Source of the DNA: an uncultured Gammaproteobacteria bacterium
GTDB lineage: Bacteria; Pseudomonadota; Gammaproteobacteria; Arenicellales; CALHMG01
Length of the DNA: 64,000 nt
Direction: 5' to 3'
NCBI GenBank assembly: GCA_938034705.1
Contig: CALHMG010000027.1
Location: 41,379 to 105,378 of the forward strand
Within the stretch, counting starts at the first letter, position 1. Each line of letters opens with the position of its first letter. This document shows positions 10,436-20,223 of this stretch, piece by piece. A program made the translations under genes and the position numbers. Below the pieces are notes generated by a model. That model saw only the letters and a list, made by a program, of their open reading frames with translations. It made no database searches and had not been told where the DNA came from.

Positions 10436-10612
10436 GTGGGCCGGACCGTCAAAAAAGCAGATCTGCCTCACAAGACCTGCCCGGTCTGCGGTCGGGCATT
10501 CAGCTGGCGCAAGAAGTGGCGGCTTGTCTGGGACCGGGTGGTCTATTGCAGCGAACGCTGTCGCCGGACAAAGGGGTTCAAGTCACCGGAGCAATCAACC
10601 GGGACCGAGTGA
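10436..10612 (+). CDS. DUF2256 family small zinc-finger protein (58 aa, not in the ORF track)
   Basis: Manual translation from GTG: MGRTVKKADLPHKTCPVCGRAFSWRKKWRLVWDRVVYCSERCRRTKGFKSPEQSTGTE. Confidence 0.85.
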   Translation: MGRTVKKADLPHKTCPVCGRAFSWRKKWRLVWDRVVYCSERCRRTKGFKSPEQSTGTE

Positions 10613-10658
10613 CGACAAGTGCGATCTGAACAAACCGCGTTACCGGGCGAGAACCCGC

Positions 10659-11186
10659 TCAGTGATCGTGGGACTCACCGTTCAGGGAAATTTTGCAGCC
10701 CGGACATTCACCAATGCGGTGAATCGTGACGGCACTGTGGTAAAGACCCGGCGCAATTTTTACGTCACAGGCAGGACAGCGCCAGAAGTTACGTTCAAAC
10801 ATGAACCACCAGGCGAAGAACGACAGAAAGAACCACCGACCGGCGGGATGCACATTCGCGAGGTAGTAGCTTGCGATGAGAACACTTGCGAGAACAAACA
10901 CCGTCGCGATAACCCAGCCACGATGTTTTTCGGCAGTTGCCTGGAGTCGATGAGCTACCTCGGCATCCAGCGTCTGCTGGTTGGACGAAGATTTGCGGTT
11001 TTTCTTCGCCTTACGAGGGCGTGCAACGTCGCGCAGTGATTCCCACAGGAACTGTTCGGAACGCAGTTTCGACTGTGTGGACTGGGCCCAGACAAAATCT
11101 TCCGCTGCGTTTCTTGTTGCAAAGCGACGACCGAATACCATGTAGCCGTCGACAGTTTTTTCGATCTGGATTGCTTGATCGGACAT
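10659..11186 (-). CDS. Hypothetical membrane protein, two TM segments plus C-terminal CxxC...CxxC zinc ribbon
   Basis: ATG at 11186 after AGAAGG; TM pair followed by WRCPAC...ECPGC. Confidence 0.6.
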   Translation of the reverse strand: MSDQAIQIEKTVDGYMVFGRRFATRNAAEDFVWAQSTQSKLRSEQFLWESLRDVARPRKAKKNRKSSSNQQTLDAEVAHRLQATAEKHRGWVIATVFVLASVLIASYYLANVHPAGRWFFLSFFAWWFMFERNFWRCPACDVKIAPGLYHSAVTIHRIGECPGCKISLNGESHDH

Positions 11187-11598
11187 TTTCAGACACCTTC
11201 TTGACAGATGAATGTGGCGTCGTTCGTTCACCCCCGTGACGAAACTGTCCCACATCGTTCAAGACTTCCCACCGTTGACCGGTGCTCAGTCACCCCATGA
11301 ACTGCATTTCAACAGTCTCAACGCCGCATCGCCGTAACACGCATCACACAAAAAGCGGTACTCGCAAGTGATGGGTTACAGAGAATTTTCCAGACACGTT
11401 ACAGACTTAAACGCGCGAATTTTCGAATAGTTTGGGCGTTACCCGGGTGCGGCTGTGGAAAAGGCTCAATAAACTTTATCCGTACCTCCAGTGTAGTTGC
11501 GCCAAAGCAACCATACCCCCGGGATCAATTCCTTGAACAATCATGACCGAACGGTAATTGAGTGAGATAATCACAGCAGGACAAATGCCCGATAAACG

Positions 11599-12582
11599 AT
11601 GAATCAAAAAACTGAACAGCAGTACGTGCTTTCGCAGATCAATATCGCGCAACCCGTTTCGTCATTGCAAAGCAAACAGCTGCAGGGTTTTGTTTCGCGT
11701 CTCGACGAAATCAACGCGCTGGCTGATCGTTCTGAAGGTTTTGTCTGGCGCCTGCAGGATGAAGCGGGCGTCGCGACCTCTGTGCAATCAGACAGCTGCC
11801 CTGATGCGATTATCAACATGTCCTTGTGGCGTGATATCGAGTCTCTGCGCGCCTATGTTTTTGAGACCGCCCACCTTGAAGTTCTGCAGATGAAATCGCA
11901 GTGGTTCGTGCGCAGATCCGACACGACGGCCGCAATGTGGTGGCGCCCGAACCACCAGGTTTCCGGGCGCGCGGCGCAAGCGGGCGCGTCCGGGCCGCCA
12001 ACCGTTGACGAGGGGATGGCGAAACTCGCCGAGCTTGAGCAACGCGGGTCTACTCCTTTTGCGTTCAGCTTCGGGCAGCCCTGGCCGGCGCCATTCAATC
12101 TCGCATCCCGGGCCGAACTGCAGGCGGATGATTGTCAGTTTGCACCCGTCGAGGAATCCGATCTCCCCGCGGTAGTCGAACTGCTTGATGCCTGTGATCT
12201 TGTGACCGAGGATCTTGAGTCCAGCTGGCAACAGGGTGGGTTTGCCTACTTCATCAAGGGCGTCGATGATGATGGTCGCATGGTTGCAATCGGTGGCCTC
12301 GAGCCTCGCAAGACAAATGCGATTGTGCGGTCCGTAGCCGTTGCCGACGATGCGCGCGGCAAGGGAGCGGGCCGCGCGCTGGTCACGGTGCTGGAGCGCC
12401 TCGCGCACGACCGCAAGCTCAACAAGCTGTTTCTGTTAACCGAGTCAGCCGAACGGTTTTTTCGCCTGCGGGGCTTTAAACCGATTGAGCGCAATCGCGT
12501 GCCGCGTGAAATTGGTGAGCTGGCGCAGTTCGCATCCCTGTGTCCTGATTCGGCGGCCTGTCTCGTCAAGCAGCTGCCATAG
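11599..12582 (+). CDS. Fusion of DUF3291 and an ArsN2-like GNAT N-acetyltransferase
   Basis: N-terminal SQINIA..INALADRSEGFVWRLQDE..INMSLW..WF..MWW (DUF3291); C-terminal VRSVAV..RGKGAGR..LFLLT..QFASLCPDSA (ArsN2-type GNAT). Confidence 0.8.
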   Translation: MNQKTEQQYVLSQINIAQPVSSLQSKQLQGFVSRLDEINALADRSEGFVWRLQDEAGVATSVQSDSCPDAIINMSLWRDIESLRAYVFETAHLEVLQMKSQWFVRRSDTTAAMWWRPNHQVSGRAAQAGASGPPTVDEGMAKLAELEQRGSTPFAFSFGQPWPAPFNLASRAELQADDCQFAPVEESDLPAVVELLDACDLVTEDLESSWQQGGFAYFIKGVDDDGRMVAIGGLEPRKTNAIVRSVAVADDARGKGAGRALVTVLERLAHDRKLNKLFLLTESAERFFRLRGFKPIERNRVPREIGELAQFASLCPDSAACLVKQLP

Positions 12583-12618
12583 GTTTGCCGTGAGAGGTGC
12601 GTGATAAGCTGTAAGCCT

Positions 12619-13623
12619 ATGGATCATCTGCGCCGTTCACTTCTTAACTGTTACACCATGCAGGGTCTCGACCGAAAGGCCGAGCTGCGTTCCAACACGG
12701 ACTGGATCGCCGAACAGTTCGGTCGATCGGACGTTGGCGTCATGCCGATCTGGCGTGGTCATACGCTGGTGTCGGGAACAAAGGACGATCGTCGTATCGC
12801 CCCGCTCGACACGGCGGGTCTGGAAGAAATGCAGTCCCGGTGCCGTGTCGGCAAACCGATTTTTCTCGGGCTCCATCCCGACGGACCCCGTTTTGCGCTG
12901 ACCGTAGACGGTGAGACAGCCGATGCGCCGGATTTGCTGGCGCCGTTTGGCGAGATGATGGACCTGCGGACGGCCGGGCGGGAGCTGCACCCTGCCGAGG
13001 CGAGCGTCTTCGCCCACGCCAAAGCGCTGAGTGAATGGCAGGACAGACATCGTTTTTGCCCTGCCTGTGGCAGCACCAATGAACCCGTCGATGCCGGTCA
13101 CGTCCTGAAGTGTTCGGGCGAAGGCTGCGGCAGATCCCAGTTTCCACGCATGGACCCGGCGATTATCGTTCGCGTGGTTTTTGAAGATCGAATCCTGCTC
13201 GGGCGACAGGCCGTCTGGGCACCCCATCAGTACTCCGTTGTCGCAGGCTTTGTGGAGCCCGGTGAGTCGCTGGAACAGGCGGTGGTCCGGGAAGTGGAGG
13301 AAGAAGCCGGCGTACCTGTCGTGGAGGTCCACTACCAGAGCTCCCAGCCCTGGCCCTTCCCCGGCAACATCATGCTCGGTTTTGCGGCGGTGGCGTCGGA
13401 TGATCAGATCAGCCTCAACGACAACGAGCTGGAGCACGCCCGCTGGTACACGCGTGAGGAGATTGTGACGGGTCTGAACGAACGCAGCCTGCGGGTTCCG
13501 CCCAATATCTCGATCTCCTTCAGGCTCATCGAGCACTGGTTCAACGACGCCGGTGGCGACACGCTGCTCGAGGTGACCGAGCGTGCTGGCTATGAGTGGA
13601 CCCCGCCGCCCCGGTCCAGTTAG
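12619..13623 (+). CDS. nudC: NADH pyrophosphatase / NAD-cap decapping Nudix hydrolase
   Basis: HRFCPACG zinc site, Nudix box GFVEPGESLEQAVVREVEEEAG, SQPWPFP signature. Confidence 0.95.
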   Translation: MDHLRRSLLNCYTMQGLDRKAELRSNTDWIAEQFGRSDVGVMPIWRGHTLVSGTKDDRRIAPLDTAGLEEMQSRCRVGKPIFLGLHPDGPRFALTVDGETADAPDLLAPFGEMMDLRTAGRELHPAEASVFAHAKALSEWQDRHRFCPACGSTNEPVDAGHVLKCSGEGCGRSQFPRMDPAIIVRVVFEDRILLGRQAVWAPHQYSVVAGFVEPGESLEQAVVREVEEEAGVPVVEVHYQSSQPWPFPGNIMLGFAAVASDDQISLNDNELEHARWYTREEIVTGLNERSLRVPPNISISFRLIEHWFNDAGGDTLLEVTERAGYEWTPPPRSS

Positions 13624-13722
13624 CCACTTCTTCGCCATGACTTGGCGACGAACGGTCATCCCCAACCGTTGATAGCACCAGAATTCGCCATTCTCGCGCC
13701 GTGACGAGTGGCTCATCACTTG

Positions 13723-13751
13723 TTTTGAATACCGGATAATAGGTTTACAAT
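13723..13751 (+). promoter_or_regulatory. Candidate sigma70 promoter for the cold-shock gene
   Basis: TTTTGAAT...TACAAT (-10 at 13746-13751), which implies a ~250-nt leader. Confidence 0.45.
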
Positions 13752-14007
13752 AACCGCTCGGCGCAAGGTTTCCCCCGATGTGGGGCCGGCGCTTTTGTTA
13801 GCCACAAAAGCCCCTGTCTAGTTTCAAGGCATTGCGTCAAAGAAGGACCGTTCAGCAGGATGCAGACGAACGGTGAGGAGTAATCGAGTAGCAGTGTGTG
13901 CGGTCAGGGAGTCAGCGCGTCCGGTCAGGACGTGCAGGGCGACCTAAAAAAAATATAACAGCAACACACCACGCGCTTCGAAGCATTTGACCCCAAGGGG
14001 AGTCTTA

Positions 14008-14259
14008 ATGATTGATGATCGTCAATCCGGAACCGTAAAGTGGTTTGACAATAAAAAGGGTTATGGCTTTATCGTTCGTGACAACGAAGATGAAGACATA
14101 TTCGTTCACTACCGAGAGATTCGCGGTCAGGGGTATCGCACGCTCAACGAGGGGCAGAAGGTGGAATTCACTTTGAACAAGTCCGACAAGGGGCTTGCTG
14201 CTCAGGACGTTGAAGTGGACGAGGACGAGGCGGCAGCGCCGCCTCCGGTAGCGAACTGA
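14008..14259 (+). CDS. Cold-shock domain protein (CspA/CspD family)
   Basis: GTVKWF, RNP1 KGYGFI, RNP2 IFVHY; SD GGGGAG. Confidence 0.95.
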   Translation: MIDDRQSGTVKWFDNKKGYGFIVRDNEDEDIFVHYREIRGQGYRTLNEGQKVEFTLNKSDKGLAAQDVEVDEDEAAAPPPVAN

Positions 14260-14480
14260 TCGCGTTGACAGGCTGACCGACTGCAGTGCCCGGGTCAGTC
14301 TGTGTCAAACCCGGATGGACACGCGCTCTGCACCTGAAGAGCGCCGAAGACACACTCGGTCTGCTATTTGACCGTGTAACCACAGTGGGTGGCGCGTACC
14401 CGGTTGCCCGGATTGCCGCTGTGCGCCATCAGCAGCCACGGTTCTGAATCTGAATCTGCCGCGTGGCTTAAGGTCTGGCG

Positions 14481-15398
14481 TTACGCGTCGGTGCGCCGCA
14501 TGCCCATCAGCTGCGCGTGATCAATCAGGGCAATACCGTCTTCGCCACTCGATGTCGCGAGCCACATGGGCGCCGAATCTGGCCACGCCTGTTCCATCGC
14601 CAGTCTGGCGGTGCCGGCTTCAATGATGAAATGGCCACCGGGTTTTAGGCGGCTCTGGGCGCCGGTAACAATACGTTCAATGATATCCAGCCCGTCGCTC
14701 CCGCCGCGAAAGGCCATATCGGGTTCGTGATGATATTCATCCGGTAAATCCGACATCGTGGTGTCGTCGACGTAGGGTGGGTTGGTGACGATCAGATCCC
14801 ACATTCCCGCGCCATCTGCGCTAGCCGTTGGGTACAGATCGCACTCGTGGAGAGTCACGCGTTCGGCGAGACCGTAGCGATCGACGTTGCGTTGCGCTAC
14901 TTCCAGGGCTTCTCCGGAAAGATCGGTTGCGTCAACGTGCGCTTGCGGAAAGGCAAGCGCCAGCGAAATTGCGATGCAGCCGCTGCCGGTGCCGATATCA
15001 ATGATTCGCTGGATCGGATCAGGGTCAAGCCAGGGTGCGAACTGATCCGGTATCCACTCGCCCAGATGGGATCTCGGCACAATCGCTCTTTCATCGACAA
15101 AAAACGCATTGCCGGCAAACCATGCTTCGCCAATGAGGTACGCCAGCGGTTTGCGCGTTTGAATTCTTTCACTGGCGAGTGCCGCCGTCTTCGCTCGGTG
15201 CGCCTCGTTGACCGAGGCATACTCGCCGCTTGCGATGAGATCGATGTCGGTCCGGGTGGCCGCGCTGAGCGTCCACACGGCCTCTTCCCACGCCGAGGTC
15301 GTGCCATGTCCAAACCAGATTCCGGCTTGTGTGTAAGCGTCCTCAAGAAAATTGAGCAGCGCCTCGGTTTCAGTCGGCAGGTTTTCGGTTCTGATCAT
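14481..15398 (-). CDS. prmB: Ribosomal protein L3 glutamine methyltransferase
   Basis: FGHGT..AWEEA, PLAYLIGEAWF, DIGTGSGCIAI, NPPY. Confidence 0.92.
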   Translation of the reverse strand: MIRTENLPTETEALLNFLEDAYTQAGIWFGHGTTSAWEEAVWTLSAATRTDIDLIASGEYASVNEAHRAKTAALASERIQTRKPLAYLIGEAWFAGNAFFVDERAIVPRSHLGEWIPDQFAPWLDPDPIQRIIDIGTGSGCIAISLALAFPQAHVDATDLSGEALEVAQRNVDRYGLAERVTLHECDLYPTASADGAGMWDLIVTNPPYVDDTTMSDLPDEYHHEPDMAFRGGSDGLDIIERIVTGAQSRLKPGGHFIIEAGTARLAMEQAWPDSAPMWLATSSGEDGIALIDHAQLMGMRRTDA

Positions 15399-15448
15399 AC
15401 GCGTGAGTATGACAAAAGCCGTTGCTAAAGACGCGGACTATGAAGCAT

Positions 15449-15489
15449 AAAAAAACCGGGTTCGGCAGCAATCCGAAACCCGGTTCTTT
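15449..15489 (-). terminator. Intrinsic terminator after rpmE
   Basis: Plus strand AAAAAAACCGGGTTCGG...CCGAAACCCGGTT, a hairpin followed by a U tract on the minus strand. Confidence 0.75.
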
Positions 15490-15553
15490 CGATTCGGTCA
15501 GGTCACGTCAGATGAGACTCATGGACCTGAACGAGCGCTTCGCGACAGCGCGT

Positions 15554-15763
15554 TTACTTTTTGCCGCGACGATACTTGTCGCGGAATTTGCCGACACGAC
15601 CTTCGGTATCGACGATCTTCTGCTTACCCGTGAAAAACGGGTGGCATGAAGAGCAAATTTCGACCGTGAGATCCTGACCGAGTGTGGAGCGCGTCTCGAA
15701 CGAGTTGCCGCACGCGCAGGTCACTTTGATGTCACTGTAATCTGGATGTATTTCTGGCTTCAT
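15554..15763 (-). CDS. rpmE: 50S ribosomal protein L31 (Zn-binding type)
   Basis: [27 protein letters not shown]. Confidence 0.97.
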   Translation of the reverse strand: MKPEIHPDYSDIKVTCACGNSFETRSTLGQDLTVEICSSCHPFFTGKQKIVDTEGRVGKFRDKYRRGKK

Positions 15764-15854
15764 GATCTAACCTCTTGTGCGCTTTGGGAGGACCGTTTTG
15801 GCGGTCGCTCCACGCCTGGTAAGTGTTGTCCCGGCCGACATGGCGCGGGCGCAA

Positions 15855-15883
15855 ATAGTAGGGAATCCCGGGGGGTGTGTAAA
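15855..15883 (-). promoter_or_regulatory. sigma70 promoter of rpmE
   Basis: Minus strand TTTACA-N17-TACTAT. Confidence 0.6.
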
Positions 15884-16150
15884 CCTTGGGCAGTCGCTTT
15901 TGAGCGGGCCTCTGTCTGATTGAGACCGGGCCGGCGCCATAAAGCCGCGTCAGCCCTGCTGGGAGGCGATTTATGCCTTTGCAGGCATGATCATAAGCGC
16001 AGCCGGAGAGCCCTGGAGATCAGGGTACACGGGGGTTTGCGCGCTCACAGGACGCCTCGTTGTCCCCGGAGCCCGCAGTTCAAGTCAGATTTCAGGCCGG
16101 AATCCGGCCCGGGGCCAGGCCCCGGGCGAAGATTTCGATAACAAGGTGCG

Positions 16151-17413
16151 TCAGCGGTTCATCGATTTGAAGAACGCCGCGTTGTTCTTGGTCGCCTTGA
16201 GCTTGTCGAGCAGGAACTCGATGGCCTGGCCATCTTCCATCGGATGCAGCAGCTTGCGCAGCAGCCAGATCTTCTGCAGCTCGGCCGGGTCGGTGAGAAG
16301 CTCCTCACGACGGGTGCCGGACTTGCTGACGATAATGGACGGGTAGACGCGCTTCTCGGCAATCTTTCTGTCCAGATGGATTTCCATATTGCCCGTGCCC
16401 TTGAATTCTTCGTAGATCACGTCGTCCATCTTTGAACCGGTCTCGATCAGCGATGTCGCGAGGATGGTCATGCTGCCACCTTCCTCGATATTGCGGGCGG
16501 CGCCAAAGAAGCGCTTGGGGCGCTGCAGTGCGTTCGCGTCCACACCACCGGTCAGAACCTTGCCCGAAGCTGGCGCGACAGTGTTGTAGGCCCGCGCAAG
16601 TCGCGTGATCGAATCGAGAAGAATCACCACGTCTTTCTTGTGCTCGACAAGCCGCTTGGCTTTTTCGAGCACCATCTCGGCAACCTGGACGTGGCGTGAG
16701 GCTGGCTCGTCAAACGTTGAAGAGACAACTTCTCCGCGAACCGAGCGCTGCATCTCGGTGACTTCCTCGGGTCGTTCATCGATCAGCAACACCATCAGAT
16801 ACACATCGGGGTTGTTGGCCGAGATTGAGTGGGCGATCTGCTGCAGCATCACGGTTTTGCCGGACTTTGGCGATGACACGATCAAACCGCGCTGTCCTTT
16901 GCCGATCGGTGCAACCAGATCGATGACGCGGCCGGTGAGACTTTCTGTAGATCCACCCTCGGACTCCAGTCGCAGACGGTCGTCGGGGTGAAGCGGAGTA
17001 AGGTTTTCGAACAGGATTTTGTTCTTCGCCTCTTCGGGCGTCTGGAAGTTGATGGACTCAACCTTCAGCAGCGCGAAGTAACGTTCCGACTCCTTGGGCG
17101 GTCGGATCAGGCCCGTTACGGTATCGCCAGTTCGCAGATTGAATCTGCGGATCTGACTCGGAGACACGTAGATGTCGTCCGGTCCGGCGAGGTAGGAGCC
17201 ACTTGCCGAGCGCAGAAAGCCAAAGCCGTCTTGCAGAATTTCGACGACACCTTCGCCCATGATCTCGTCGCCCTTCTTTGCGTGGGCTTTGAGGATCGCG
17301 AAGATCTGGTCCTGGGTTCGCATACGACCGACGTTTTCGAGTTCAAGCTCGATCGCCATTTCGGCGAGTTCGGTTGCGGGTTTTTGTTTTAGTTCAGAAA
17401 GGCTTAAAGCCAT
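16151..17413 (-). CDS. rho: Transcription termination factor Rho (alternative GTG start at 17425)
   Basis: [50 protein letters not shown]. Confidence 0.98.
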   Translation of the reverse strand: MALSLSELKQKPATELAEMAIELELENVGRMRTQDQIFAILKAHAKKGDEIMGEGVVEILQDGFGFLRSASGSYLAGPDDIYVSPSQIRRFNLRTGDTVTGLIRPPKESERYFALLKVESINFQTPEEAKNKILFENLTPLHPDDRLRLESEGGSTESLTGRVIDLVAPIGKGQRGLIVSSPKSGKTVMLQQIAHSISANNPDVYLMVLLIDERPEEVTEMQRSVRGEVVSSTFDEPASRHVQVAEMVLEKAKRLVEHKKDVVILLDSITRLARAYNTVAPASGKVLTGGVDANALQRPKRFFGAARNIEEGGSMTILATSLIETGSKMDDVIYEEFKGTGNMEIHLDRKIAEKRVYPSIIVSKSGTRREELLTDPAELQKIWLLRKLLHPMEDGQAIEFLLDKLKATKNNAAFFKSMNR

Positions 17414-17935
17414 GGCTTGGGACACCGAATAGGGTTGGAGAAATCGAGATTGGAAATCATGCGCATCATTGCGCGCGATGTTTCTGGCCCCTGAATCTGT
17501 ACGCCTGAATCCTTACGCTTAAATCAATGCGTGGATCAATTTGCGTGTTCGCTCGAACACGGGCAACTCAGAGGCGATCTAATCTCTAATTAGAAATGAG
17601 GTGAATCAAAAAAGGGTAAGTGAAGCTTGTCTGGGCTTTTTCCTGGCTCCGCGACATGGGGGAGCAATCTGGGCCGGATGGCCGGAAAAGCAACGTTCTG
17701 TGGTATCACCATATCACCCCGTTTCAGGGTCGTCCAGAAGTCGTGTACCGGCGGTTAGCGCTGAAAAGGGCCAAAAATCGCCTTAAAACAGCTAGCGATG
17801 GCCCCACAGCCGCGTTGCCGCAGGTTTAACCGGCCTCCATCGACGGCACATCGTGGAACCGGCCACACGCCGGTCATCTACCGGCGTGTGTCGGCGCAAA
17901 GTCCGGCGCCAGGCCGGTAGCGCCTGACCCCAAGC

Positions 17936-18262
17936 TCAGATATGGCCGTCGATAAACGCGGTCAGTTGCGACTTCGAAACGCTGCCGACTTTGGTTGCTT
18001 CGACGTTGCCGTTCTTGAACAGCATCAGCGTCGGGATGCCGCGAATGTTGTATTTGGGGGGCGTCAGCGGGTTGTCGTCGATATTGATCTTCACCACGCG
18101 CAGTTTGCCGTTGTATTCCTCAGCAACCTCTTCAAGGATCGGCGCAATCATCTTGCAGGGACCACACCATTCGGCCCAGTAGTCGATAAGAACCGGTTCG
18201 GAGGAGTTCAGTACCTCGTTATCGAATTCGGCGTCTGAAATGTTTTGAATATTTTGGGACAT
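17936..18262 (-). CDS. trxA: Thioredoxin 1
   Basis: [13 protein letters not shown]; upstream of rho. Confidence 0.98.
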   Translation of the reverse strand: MSQNIQNISDAEFDNEVLNSSEPVLIDYWAEWCGPCKMIAPILEEVAEEYNGKLRVVKINIDDNPLTPPKYNIRGIPTLMLFKNGNVEATKVGSVSKSQLTAFIDGHI

Positions 18263-18422
18263 GGCGTATGAGTTACCTCAGGTTCCGGGCTCAAGAAATT
18301 TTAGGTGTGACAGACCCGTTTTCTGGCTGGCACATTGGCAGTCGCGTCGTCTCGGATGTCGTCGCTCGCGGGGCATGAGTTTAAGACAAATCCGTGACCT
18401 CGGCACGGCCTGCGATCACACT

Positions 18423-18451
18423 AAATGGGGGCTTTCTCACCGCAACTCAAG
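18423..18451 (-). promoter_or_regulatory. sigma32 (RpoH)-type promoter upstream of trxA
   Basis: Minus strand CTTGAG-N15-CCCCATTT. Confidence 0.65.
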
Positions 18452-18634
18452 TGGCTGTTTTGACTGCTGTGGCCGCGCTGGCCGCATGTTGGCGGCTTTC
18501 GTGTACGTTTTGGCCGTAATTTCCGCTTTTGAGCGTTATTTCGGTTGATCTGATGTGCAATGAGGCTACAGTACGGCCGAACGATGTATCCCTTGCCAGA
18601 GGCCCTGGCCGAAGCCTGCGAAACAGCTGAAAAT

Positions 18635-20164
18635 ATGAGTGAAAAACACCTGACCGAGACGCGCTTCAGCGAACTCGATCTGCCGCCCCAGTTGATGAGT
18701 GGTCTTGCGGCGACCGGGTTCGACTACTGCACGCCGATTCAGGCTGACAGTCTGCCGCTGCTGCTGCGCGGCGAAGATGTCGCCGGCCAGGCTCAGACCG
18801 GGACCGGCAAGACCGCCGCATTTCTGCTCGCGACTTTCAGCCGCCTGTTGAAAAACGAAGCGCCCGCGGAACGCCATGCCACCCAGCCGCGCGCTCTGAT
18901 ACTCGCGCCGACCCGCGAGCTTGCGATTCAGATTCACAGCGACGCGCTGGAACTCGGTCGAGATACCGGTCTTAAGCTCGTGCTGGTTTACGGTGGCACA
19001 GGCTACGACAGCCAGCGCAAGGACCTGGTCGATGGCGTCGACATACTTATAGGCACACCCGGTCGCATCATCGACTATTACCGACAGGGTATTTTCGATC
19101 TTTCGCTGATCGAAGTCGCCGTTCTCGACGAAGCCGACCGGATGTTTGATCTCGGGTTCATCAAAGACGTTCGCTACATGCTGCGGCAGATGCCGCCACC
19201 GGAAAAACGACTGAACATGCTGTTCAGCGCGACACTCTCGCACCGCGTGGCAGAGCTTGCTTACGAGCACATGAACGAGCCGACTGAAGTCACCGTCGAG
19301 GCGGAGAAGCTGACGGCTGATAACGTCAAAGAACGCGCGTTTTATCCGTCCAACGAAGAAAAGATTCCACTGCTGCTTGGCATCATGCGTGATATCGACG
19401 CTGAGCGCGTGGTGATTTTCAGCAACACCAAACACATGACAGAAACCGTCAACCGATGGTTGACCGCGAATGGCAACAAGTCGGGCGTTATATCAGGCGA
19501 CGTGCCGCAGAAAAAACGCGAACGACTGCTTGAAGATTTCAAGGCAGGCAAGATTCGCGCGCTGGTCGCGACCGATGTCGCTGCGCGCGGGCTGCATATT
19601 CCCAACGTGAGTCACGTCATCAACTTCGACCTGCCTCAGGACGCGGAAGACTACGTTCACCGAATTGGCCGCACGGCACGGGCGGGTGCCAGTGGCGAAG
19701 CGATCAGTTTCGCTTGTGAGAAATACGCGTTCTCGATGATGGACATCGAACAGTACATCGGACATTCGCTGCCTGTTGAGCCGGTCACACCGGAGTTGAT
19801 GCTCGAGGATGCGAAATCCCCACGGGAGTCGTCGCGTGATTCAAGACGCGATTCTCGCGGACGCGATCGATCTGATCGCGGCGGTCGTGGTCGGTCCCGA
19901 GAGCCGCAAAAGCCGGCCCGTTCAGGCGGACCGGATAAACATCGTTCTTCAGGCGCTGGTGCCAAAGGCGCGGCTGTTGCCACGGCGGCGGTAGCGGCAA
20001 CGGCTGCCGCGACGTCTGCTTCAGGACCTCGCGGCGATCGCGGCGATGATGCGAACGACAAACGCGAAGCGACAGAACGCAAGCCGAGTCCGGATCGCCA
20101 CAAGGAACCGGCCAGGAAAAAGACGGGTGGCAGATCGGATCCTGAAGTGCCGGCGATTGGCTGA
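18635..20164 (+). CDS. rhlB: DEAD-box RNA helicase RhlB with a long R/S/D/G-rich C-terminal tail
   Basis: [12 protein letters not shown]-terminus, [23 protein letters not shown]; divergent from trxA. Confidence 0.92.
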   Translation: MSEKHLTETRFSELDLPPQLMSGLAATGFDYCTPIQADSLPLLLRGEDVAGQAQTGTGKTAAFLLATFSRLLKNEAPAERHATQPRALILAPTRELAIQIHSDALELGRDTGLKLVLVYGGTGYDSQRKDLVDGVDILIGTPGRIIDYYRQGIFDLSLIEVAVLDEADRMFDLGFIKDVRYMLRQMPPPEKRLNMLFSATLSHRVAELAYEHMNEPTEVTVEAEKLTADNVKERAFYPSNEEKIPLLLGIMRDIDAERVVIFSNTKHMTETVNRWLTANGNKSGVISGDVPQKKRERLLEDFKAGKIRALVATDVAARGLHIPNVSHVINFDLPQDAEDYVHRIGRTARAGASGEAISFACEKYAFSMMDIEQYIGHSLPVEPVTPELMLEDAKSPRESSRDSRRDSRGRDRSDRGGRGRSREPQKPARSGGPDKHRSSGAGAKGAAVATAAVAATAAATSASGPRGDRGDDANDKREATERKPSPDRHKEPARKKTGGRSDPEVPAIG

Positions 20165-20223
20165 GATCCTTTCGACACCGCCGACACCGCGATCGCGGTG
20201 TCGTCAATGCCCCTTGCGGGCTG

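Noticed and set aside
10524-11039. 171-aa plus-strand ORF
   Set aside because: Overlaps DUF2256 in another frame and is antisense to the better-supported zinc-ribbon membrane gene.
19815-20164. Repetitive RS/RD/RG tail of RhlB
   Set aside because: Low-complexity tails are common in DEAD-box helicases, and this is not a DNA repeat element.
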